DNA from: Candidatus Saccharimonadota bacterium
Lineage (GTDB): Bacteria > Patescibacteriota > Saccharimonadia > Saccharimonadales > Saccharimonadaceae
Assembly (NCBI GenBank): GCA_010014665.1
Contig: RZYF01000001.1
Span: forward strand, 1 to 51,492
DNA length: 51,492 nt
Direction of reading: 5' to 3'
Shown: piece after piece, positions 45,739 to 51,492 of the stretch
How positions within the stretch are numbered: position 1 is the stretch's first letter
How the letters are laid out: each line of letters starts with the position of its first letter
Translations under genes and position numbers: made by a program
The notes under the pieces: generated by a model
Database searches by the model: none
What the model was told of the DNA's origin: nothing
The model's input: the letters and a program-made list of their open reading frames with translations, nothing else

Positions 45739-46044
45739 TTTTTACACCATGTCTTTTTTTGTGGCAATTAACGCACAATGTTATCCCGTTTTCTATGTTA
45801 AATCTTTCTAGTTTATATTTAGAAAATGGTTTTTTATGATGAGCATTAAGCTTTGATCCAACAACACCGCAATCTTGACATGTGTATTTGTCTCTTTTGA
45901 ATACTAAACATCTCTACTCTTTGTATTTATCGCTATTTCTTATTTTTAAGTTTTCTGGATGATGTCCACCTGTCCAACATGGAGAGAATTCCTGATATCG
46001 AAACCGTTAATGAAATATTTACAGTCTTCGCACCACTTTTTCAT
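45731..46044 (-). pseudogene. decayed HNH endonuclease gene (one frameshift plus one in-frame TAG)
   Basis: Minus-strand frame B reads ..KYKE[TAG]RCLVFKRDKYTCQDCGVVGSKLNAHHKKPFSKYKLERFNIENGITLCVNCHKKRHGVKNG with no start codon. A 32-aa ATG-initiated piece (46044..45946, MKKWCEDCKYF...) is in another frame. Confidence 0.6.
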
Positions 46045-46060
46045 CGTTTCAACCTTTCTT

Positions 46061-46270
46061 TTATGTTGTAATCTGTTTCCATGAATCGATTGGAATCATT
46101 ACCTCGTACTGAGTATTGTTGTTAGATACTATTAACAGCACGCTTTCCTTTGTTCCTGATATTGGATCATTCTTACGTGCCCTGATTGTTGCAACAGTCA
46201 TGTTTAACTGTGGTGTTGCCACTTTTGCGTCTGACAACTCCCACCATTCATATTTGCTGAGCGTCTTCAT
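46061..46270 (-). CDS. hypothetical protein (69 aa)
   Basis: ORF in the operon. Confidence 0.45.
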   Translation of the reverse strand: MKTLSKYEWWELSDAKVATPQLNMTVATIRARKNDPISGTKESVLLIVSNNNTQYEVMIPIDSWKQITT

Positions 46271-46452
46271 CTCGTTAACCTTTCAGCTTCTATTATTATT
46301 GATTCATGCAACAACCTATAAGCAATGTGCCTTGCTTGCAGACTTGACATATCCTTGCATTCACTTAGGATTATGTCTTTGTAACGATCAAGTTTGTCTT
46401 TTGTGATCTGTAGTATTGCTTCTATGTCGGCAAATGTTGGTTCGTCGTTCAT
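46267..46452 (-). CDS. hypothetical protein (61 aa)
   Basis: Coupled ORF. Confidence 0.45.
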   Translation of the reverse strand: MNDEPTFADIEAILQITKDKLDRYKDIILSECKDMSSLQARHIAYRLLHESIIIEAERLTR

Positions 46453-46688
46453 TTTGCACGCTCCGCTTTAAGGTTTGCAACGAGTGTTTTCAGTTCGTCG
46501 TGTATGCTATATAGTAAGTCGCGATTCACAATGGTCATGGTGTCGTCATGGCTGTGGTTGATTCTACGTTCAAATTCATTCAGTATCATCTTCCACTTCC
46601 GGTAGATTCTCGTTTTGCTTCTGTTCTCGTTTGCGCTTATTGTAAGTGCCGTACCGGAGTTTTTGCTTTTTAAATACTTTGTGTTCAT
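46449..46688 (-). CDS. hypothetical protein (79 aa)
   Basis: Coupled ORF. Confidence 0.45.
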   Translation of the reverse strand: MNTKYLKSKNSGTALTISANENRSKTRIYRKWKMILNEFERRINHSHDDTMTIVNRDLLYSIHDELKTLVANLKAERAK

Positions 46689-46803
46689 GGTTTAATCCTT
46701 TCTTTATTATAAAATGGGCGGTTAACCATCCACCGAAAGGGAGTTGCTCTCCAGCTAGACCTAAGTCTATTTTGTGTGTGTGATGTTTATAGAAATTTAT
46801 TCA

Positions 46804-46998
46804 CTATTCCATAGAACCTCCTTTCTCAATATATTCTGTGCTTGTAGGGAACTCTATTTCAGCACAACATTCTCTATTCGTGCATACAATGCGGTCATTG
46901 TCCCATCCACCACCATACATTGGCAACATGATTGACCCACAAATATCGCACTTCTGATTCATTTCAATTACTCGTTCAAATACTGTTTTGTCTTTCAT
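46804..46998 (-). CDS. zinc-ribbon protein (64 aa)
   Basis: CDICGS ... CTNRECC. Confidence 0.5.
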   Translation of the reverse strand: MKDKTVFERVIEMNQKCDICGSIMLPMYGGGWDNDRIVCTNRECCAEIEFPTSTEYIEKGGSME

Positions 46999-47017
46999 GA
47001 CTTACCCATTTATTTAA

Positions 47018-47117
47018 AGCACCCGACAGGATTCGAACCTGCACCATGTCATGATCATGAACAGTTTCTTCATGCCTAAAGAATATTACTGTACGTTTAC
47101 CATTCCGCCACGGGTGA
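47018..47117 (-). tRNA. tRNA-like gene, type II (Leu-like D arm, long variable region) with an aberrant 30-nt anticodon arm. Isotype undetermined.
   Basis: Minus strand: TCACCCG TG GCGG-AATGGTAA-ACGT A [CAGTAATATTCTTTAGGCATGAAGAAACTG] TTCATGATCATGACATGGT GCAGG-TTCGAAT-CCTGT CGGGTGC T. The T-loop GGTTCGAATCC is canonical. The D arm is close to E. coli tRNA-Leu TGGCGGAATTGGTAGACGC. There is a 1:72 T:C mismatch and no encoded CCA. Confidence 0.55.
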
Positions 47118-47131
47118 CTTTGTTTTAATCT

Positions 47132-47350
47132 CTATCGATATAATGTTTTTTCAAACTCTAATCCGTCAGAATACTCACGAAGCTCATGCCCATGTATTCT
47201 GTATTGTATGCGGGCAAATTCTTCAAGTACATCGATCCTATCAGCAACTGCATCAAGAAAATCAGCAGGAATAGTTTCGGCCATCAGTGTACCATTTGGG
47301 ATCATTTTAGCTAATCTGTTAATTGCGTTGTCTATGTTTTGTTTTTTCAC
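47132..47350 (-). CDS. hypothetical protein (72 aa)
   Basis: ORF in the operon. Confidence 0.5.
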   Translation of the reverse strand: MKKQNIDNAINRLAKMIPNGTLMAETIPADFLDAVADRIDVLEEFARIQYRIHGHELREYSDGLEFEKTLYR

Positions 47351-47991
47351 AATTCACCACCTAACACTGCAAGATAACTAAACTCAGGTAAAGACTCAAT
47401 CCATTCGCAATACACTTTCCACTCATCCATTTTGTGCCATTTGCGCTGATTATACACAGTCTTGCACTGCATGTAGTTAGTTTTAATACCAGCCGTCAAT
47501 TCGAAACCAGATGGGCAACTGTGAACGATGCATTGGAATAGCTCGTGCAGGTTGATAGGTTTAACTTCATGACTTTCTGACAGATAAGCAAAAACATCTT
47601 CAAAACTAACGTGACCATTTTTTACATCATTGTATGTGCTTATTAATGTCTCCAACGTTTTGATAGACTGTCTCGATGTCCATTTAGAGCATTTAACACG
47701 CACATCGTCCTTTAGTATCGTGTGCATTTTACTGCTACTACTGATGCTGTCATAGACAGGGTTGCGTTGTTGGAAGTGATACGTGTCCCACTGCAACCAC
47801 CACGACTGCGACGCCGTTACAAGCGCAACAACATCTATTCCGCTAAGGAATTTGTCATGCCCTGATCCAGAATCGCAACTGCCAAGCGACGACAAAGATT
47901 TAGGTTCTGCAAAGTTTCCTTTCGGCAACCCTGCACATTTCTTTGCGAATTCAAGCATGTATGGGCATACATAACTGTTTTCAATCTTCAT
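47347..47991 (-). CDS. divergent ThyX-like-fold protein lacking the canonical RHR / SxRY residues (214 aa; trimmed to the ATG at 47991)
   Basis: GGAGAA SD upstream of MKIENSY. SGHDKFLSGIDV...SWWLQWDTYHF...SSSKMH parallels HGHETPFEH...ARQWFRHRIAS...SGRYS of ThyX by eye, but the catalytic residues are replaced. Confidence 0.3.
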   Translation of the reverse strand: MKIENSYVCPYMLEFAKKCAGLPKGNFAEPKSLSSLGSCDSGSGHDKFLSGIDVVALVTASQSWWLQWDTYHFQQRNPVYDSISSSSKMHTILKDDVRVKCSKWTSRQSIKTLETLISTYNDVKNGHVSFEDVFAYLSESHEVKPINLHELFQCIVHSCPSGFELTAGIKTNYMQCKTVYNQRKWHKMDEWKVYCEWIESLPEFSYLAVLGGEL

Positions 47992-48364
47992 TTTGGTTCT
48001 CCGATAACGATAAAACAAGTTCAAATAATGATTGTCTGCCATCATTAACAGACTCGCCGTTTTTATAAAACAGATGCCACTTTTGATCCTGCCAACCGAT
48101 ATATGATCCGCATGTTATTTCGCGTTCTAGCTCAAGAAATCCATCGCTGATTCTGTTAGGCCGTTGCTTTTCGGTGTTTTTTGTTTCGTGACATATTAAG
48201 TCAAATGCTGTTCCTCCGTTATCGCATATTGAGGTATCATTACAGACTTCAGACATTGAGTTTCCGTCTAATTCATCTAACATGTGTTGAAAATAATGTT
48301 TACACTCATCAAATCCAAGCGCATATGATTTTTTCATCATTTCTTGTTCATCTTTTGTAGTCAT
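47981..48364 (-). CDS. hypothetical protein (127 aa)
   Basis: ORF in the operon. Confidence 0.5.
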   Translation of the reverse strand: MTTKDEQEMMKKSYALGFDECKHYFQHMLDELDGNSMSEVCNDTSICDNGGTAFDLICHETKNTEKQRPNRISDGFLELEREITCGSYIGWQDQKWHLFYKNGESVNDGRQSLFELVLSLSENQNED

Positions 48365-48371
48365 ATCATCC

Positions 48372-49115
48372 TCAAATCATTTTGTCTAACTCGCGTAAAC
48401 GTTTGTTCATCATCATTACATCTTGGAACAGTCTCCAGCCAAAATGTTTTTGTTCCATACTCCATTCGTATTCATTAATGACCTTACCAGTACCACTATC
48501 GATGTACAAATTTATCATGCGTTTGTCCAAGTTGCCTTTGGAATATGCAACTAACTGCAACAGCTCTTTTTTGTATGGTTTACGTGGCTTGTTCACTGTT
48601 TTCCAATCAACGATAAACTTATCACTGCATAAGTCCATCGTCCCGCCATAGCTGACTACAACGCCACCGCACGTCAACATGTCATGCGTGATACAGTGTT
48701 CAAGCTTGCATTCGTCTGGAAGTATCTCGTGGGTGAAAAGGAATTCGTCGATACCACGACAAGCGTTCAGAATAATCGAATCGTCTGGCTCTTCGCCTTT
48801 CCACAAATACCGTTCAATAGCATCGTGAAATTCAGTGCCACGCTCAGCCGCTTCTATGCTTGTTTGGTCGAATAGTTCCTTGGCATTATCGTATGAGTTG
48901 CACAATAATCCAGCACTAATGCCCAAATCGCCAAAGTATTTAGGCATCCATCCAGTGTTTTCAACCATCTTTATGCTGTCAGTAACGCCAACGCAAGCAC
49001 CTGCCTGTTCAATTTGTTCCAGTGTTGGACGCTTGCTGGGTTTTCCAGACTTGGTTTTAGGCCACAAAGGATGATCTTCCGTAAAGCGTTGATTGTCAAT
49101 GTAAAAATGTGCCAT
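48372..49115 (-). CDS. PD-(D/E)xK (RecB/YqaJ/Cas4-like) exonuclease (247 aa)
   Basis: ERGTEFHDAIE, GGTMDLCSDKFIVDWKT (D..DxK), LLQLVAY. Confidence 0.65.
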   Translation of the reverse strand: MAHFYIDNQRFTEDHPLWPKTKSGKPSKRPTLEQIEQAGACVGVTDSIKMVENTGWMPKYFGDLGISAGLLCNSYDNAKELFDQTSIEAAERGTEFHDAIERYLWKGEEPDDSIILNACRGIDEFLFTHEILPDECKLEHCITHDMLTCGGVVVSYGGTMDLCSDKFIVDWKTVNKPRKPYKKELLQLVAYSKGNLDKRMINLYIDSGTGKVINEYEWSMEQKHFGWRLFQDVMMMNKRLRELDKMI

Positions 49116-49117
49116 GA

Positions 49118-49513
49118 CTACTCTCCTAGTCTTTCGTTTATTTTTTCCAGTTCTGCTTCGAGTTGTTTCTTGCGTTCAACAAGTGCTTTGCTCTCGTCTT
49201 CGCTTGTTGGCATGTTGATGATCTTTCTGCATGTTGCAGGCTTTTTAAACGCCATTCCAACACCGTCAAATACTATTGATCCAATGTCTGTATGAATCCG
49301 ATATAGTCCAGTATTTTCTTGAAGGTTCGCCATCCATACTTCACAAACATATTCACCACATTTAATCACGGTTGTGTGTTCGCCACGCTTCAGCACTTCG
49401 AAATCATTATTCAACACGGACTCGTTTTGCTGATATTTGCGATATAATTTAATAAATCCTTTATCCATAGCGTATGCGTGTATACTCTCAATTACTTGCT
49501 GTAGTTCTTTCAT
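49118..49513 (-). CDS. hypothetical protein (131 aa) carrying an internal copy of the organiser N-terminus (MDKGFIKLYRKYQQNE)
   Basis: ATG at 49513 with a GAGGTGA SD. Residues 16-31 are encoded by the 44-bp repeat. Confidence 0.55.
   Translation of the reverse strand: MKELQQVIESIHAYAMDKGFIKLYRKYQQNESVLNNDFEVLKRGEHTTVIKCGEYVCEVWMANLQENTGLYRIHTDIGSIVFDGVGMAFKKPATCRKIINMPTSEDESKALVERKKQLEAELEKINERLGE
49425..49468. repeat. right copy of the 44-bp exact direct repeat
   Basis: Identical to 45695-45738, same orientation. Confidence 0.9.
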
Positions 49514-49557
49514 TATCACCTCATGCGGTTAACCTATACACCGCAAGGTTGTTTGAT

Positions 49558-49887
49558 TTAGAATGGCATATCGTCGTCTGGAACGTCCTGATTACGTTCA
49601 GCTCTAACTTCATCATCGCCTGTTTCTGTACTGATTTTCCAAGCGTTTAACGAAACGAAGTACTTCCCATTGTATTCATTACCACGAATATTGAAAAACA
49701 CTTCCAGACGATCCCCTTCTGTGTATTTATCGATCAAATTAGTCCGATCCTTGACCAGATCAAACGGGATTGTTTGTGGGTATTTCTCTTCGGTTTCAAT
49801 GACGAATTGACGCTTAGTGAATCCACCTTTGAATTCTTGCGTATCGCCAACGAAGATTAACTTTCCTGTAACACTCATTTTGTCCAT
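49558..49887 (-). CDS. SSB-like OB-fold protein (DUF3127-like) with an acidic C-terminal tail (109 aa)
   Basis: SVTGKLIFVGDTQEFKGGFTKRQFVIETEEKYPQ...FNIRGNEYNGKYFVSLNAWKI, ending in DVPDDDMPF (an SSB-type tip). Confidence 0.6.
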   Translation of the reverse strand: MDKMSVTGKLIFVGDTQEFKGGFTKRQFVIETEEKYPQTIPFDLVKDRTNLIDKYTEGDRLEVFFNIRGNEYNGKYFVSLNAWKISTETGDDEVRAERNQDVPDDDMPF

Positions 49888-49910
49888 TTGTTTCCTCTTT
49901 TCTGTTTAGT

Positions 49911-50141
49911 TTAGTTGCCGTACTGTAACGCACGAACAACTTTGTGAAGCTCGTACTTATATTTTCTTTCCGATAGTCGCAAAAACGGGATGCGTCCAGT
50001 TCTGCGCCAAATTCTCACAGTTTCATCGTGAACGCCCAACTTGTTAGCAAGTTCATGATTAGTTAACAAGTCAGAATGAAACTGTTTTTCCACCTCGTCA
50101 ATTTCGTCTGTGTACATATCACGACTCCTTAAAAGCAACAA
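49911..50141 (-). CDS. excisionase/MerR-type HTH protein (76 aa)
   Basis: LTNHELANKLGVHDETVRIWRRTGRIPFLRL. Confidence 0.55.
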   Translation of the reverse strand: MLLLRSRDMYTDEIDEVEKQFHSDLLTNHELANKLGVHDETVRIWRRTGRIPFLRLSERKYKYELHKVVRALQYGN

Positions 50142-50721
50142 AATCGGCTTTTACTTCTTCAAACTTGGATAAGCTTACCATAGTCGTGAGCGCAAATCCA
50201 TGCTTTTTAAGAATTTCTTTGCAAGTATTAGCATCTATTTTCTTTTCCTTGGCAATTGAAATTAGCTCTTGTGCCTGTTCACGGCTAATTTTTGGTTCAG
50301 ACTTTTCGATTTTCTTCTGGAATGCGTCAGGATCAAGTTCATCCGTTGGTATATTCAAGAACTTTAGCAGAAAGTAACGCTCAGAGTACGTTAAACCGCT
50401 TCCAAACGCCTTTGACGGGTCATCCTGTTTGCCAGTACAGTAAAACGGAACGCGCATTTCTTCGCCTGTTTCTGCGTCTTTTAGCACATATGCCATGTTA
50501 GACGTGAAAATAAACGATTTGCCTTCTTGCTGAATTGATCCTTCTGAAACTTCAGGATAAACAAGCAAACCAAGCTCGTTCATCTTTTCGTGAATAGTCC
50601 CCAACACGTTAGAACCGCTTACGTAGTTATAACCGTAACTTTTGCTGTCTTTCTTGAGGTATGGAACACATTTCCGAAGTTCAACAAGTTTCTGTGCAAG
50701 GTTCATTGTTTTAGTTGTCAT
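50119..50721 (-). CDS. single-strand annealing protein (Erf/Rad52-like) (200 aa)
   Basis: NLAQKLVELRKCVPYLKKDSKSYGYNYVSGSNVLGTIHEKMNELGLLVYPEV is typical of Erf/Sak-type N-termini. Next to the SSB and exonuclease genes. Confidence 0.6.
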   Translation of the reverse strand: MTTKTMNLAQKLVELRKCVPYLKKDSKSYGYNYVSGSNVLGTIHEKMNELGLLVYPEVSEGSIQQEGKSFIFTSNMAYVLKDAETGEEMRVPFYCTGKQDDPSKAFGSGLTYSERYFLLKFLNIPTDELDPDAFQKKIEKSEPKISREQAQELISIAKEKKIDANTCKEILKKHGFALTTMVSLSKFEEVKADFVAFKES

Positions 50722-50736
50722 TTTCTTTCTCCTTTT

Positions 50737-51069
50737 TTATAGGTCTAATTCTTTGAGGCAATATATCCGATAACGTATTGCTTGTAGTTCGTCATTCAGG
50801 ACTACAAGAGGGTTGTCATCCTTTTTAAACCCCATTTTCAGATCAACGCGGTTGCTTTGGATTTTAATATAATAATCATATGGGCCTACAAAGCTTGTTT
50901 CAATTACCGTTTTAACTCTCTCGGCCATCGACACCAATTTTATAAGTCCCAAACATTTTATTTCCCAGCACTTCAATTCAGAAAGTGACAAGCTATTATG
51001 CGACAAAATTGTGTCTTCATGTACCGATTTGAATTCATCTATTGCGTTTAAATAATCGATAGCTTTCAT
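50737..51069 (-). CDS. hypothetical protein (110 aa)
   Basis: ORF in the operon. Confidence 0.5.
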   Translation of the reverse strand: MKAIDYLNAIDEFKSVHEDTILSHNSLSLSELKCWEIKCLGLIKLVSMAERVKTVIETSFVGPYDYYIKIQSNRVDLKMGFKKDDNPLVVLNDELQAIRYRIYCLKELDL

Positions 51070-51080
51070 TTTGTTCTCCT

Positions 51081-51227
51081 TTATTTTGTGATTTTACTGC
51101 TAAACAATGTTACCAGAACGGCAACGGTTAAAACGTACGACACTGAATACATCCACCAATGCGGTGAACCTGTTAATATGCCTAGCATAATTGCTGTGAA
51201 AAGTATGCAAGTAAACATTATTTTCAT
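51081..51227 (-). CDS. small two-TM membrane protein (48 aa; trimmed to the ATG at 51227)
   Basis: GAAGGTGGA SD, ATGA overlap with the upstream gene. MKIMFTCILFTAIMLGILTG...VLTVAVLVTLF. Confidence 0.45.
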   Translation of the reverse strand: MKIMFTCILFTAIMLGILTGSPHWWMYSVSYVLTVAVLVTLFSSKITK

Positions 51228-51415
51228 TTTTCCACCTTCTCTAATCTTTTTGGTTCGCGATTTACAAAATCCCATTGATACCCGTCTTGATCAACGACTA
51301 TCCAGCCGTATCCTTCACGCTTTTTGCATTCATTCAGCGCACGTTCAACGCTTATATGATTGCTTGTTCCAGACATACCGTATTGATTGATTACATTATA
51401 CATATTTATCTCCAT
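51224..51415 (-). CDS. hypothetical protein (63 aa)
   Basis: ORF in the operon. Confidence 0.45.
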   Translation of the reverse strand: MEINMYNVINQYGMSGTSNHISVERALNECKKREGYGWIVVDQDGYQWDFVNREPKRLEKVEK

Positions 51416-51492
51416 GTTTCAAGTGTTTGGTGTTTTAGTTTGGCTTTATTCTTGTGTAAACCTACATCCACAAAGCTCTTTTGTTTCTGTTC

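Noticed and set aside
47018-47117. The tRNA-like sequence as an attP core, that is, a fragment of a host tRNA used for integration
   Set aside because: Both the 5' half (acceptor plus D arm) and the 3' half (T arm plus acceptor) are present, so it is not a 3' fragment. No integrase or recombinase gene was recognised in the window.
1-51492. Genome-wide stop-codon reassignment (code 4 or 15 type), as seen in some gut phages
   Set aside because: All large structural and replication genes are uninterrupted under the standard code, including ORFs of 2359, 785, 696, 684 and 607 aa. Only the clamp TAA and a clearly decayed HNH gene contain internal stops.
1-51492. CRISPR array, diversity-generating retroelement, or invertible shufflon in the fibre region
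   Set aside because: No regularly spaced repeats, no reverse transcriptase, no template/variable repeat pair and no invertase were found. The only fibre-region similarity is the diverged paralogous N-terminal module at 15104/15534.
1-51492. Window ends as an exact circular junction
   Set aside because: Joining 51492 to 1 puts a stop four codons into the minus-strand ORF that starts at nt 14. No terminal repeat is visible between the two ends. The window is therefore probably cut from a larger or differently permuted sequence.

Overview
The window reads as a compact tailed-phage genome, or most of one. It looks podovirus-like, and my hand estimate for backbone G+C is roughly 38-42%. No rRNA, CRISPR array, integrase, reverse transcriptase, DNA polymerase or primase was recognised.

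Layout:
- Late module, plus strand, 3.8-36.2 kb: large terminase, portal, scaffold-like protein and major capsid candidate. Next comes a run of fibre, tail-collar and tailspike genes, then a 4.3-kb GC-rich island, then tail-body candidates and four internal/ejection-type proteins. The island carries a glycine-rich fibre, a stand-alone CheY-like receiver and lysis-like membrane proteins. The last ejection-type protein is a 2359-aa polyvalent protein with an HExxH site, an ART-like domain and a methyltransferase-like domain.
- Early/replication genes, minus strand, 36.2-51.5 kb and 0-3.75 kb: DnaB-type helicase, DnaN-like clamp, replisome organiser, dUTPase, DNA methyltransferase, PD-(D/E)xK exonuclease, Erf/Rad52-like annealase, SSB-like protein, glutaredoxin-like protein and many small ORFans.

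Most notable observations:
1. The DnaN-like clamp gene is interrupted by a single in-frame TAA. The stop sits inside a conserved clamp motif, and the frame stays open on the far side.
2. A 100-nt tRNA-Leu-like gene has an abnormal 30-nt anticodon arm.
3. A 1.07-kb ORF-free, GC-enriched, hairpin-rich stretch lies at 2037-3109 and may be a structured RNA or leader.
4. Eight structural-module ORFs carry Sec-type signal-peptide-like N-termini.
5. A 44-bp exact direct repeat brackets a 3.7-kb cassette that contains a decayed HNH gene and the tRNA.
6. Iteron-like 11-bp tandem repeats sit inside the replisome-organiser gene.

All functional calls come from motif recognition by eye and from gene order. 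None has been checked with HMM or database searches.
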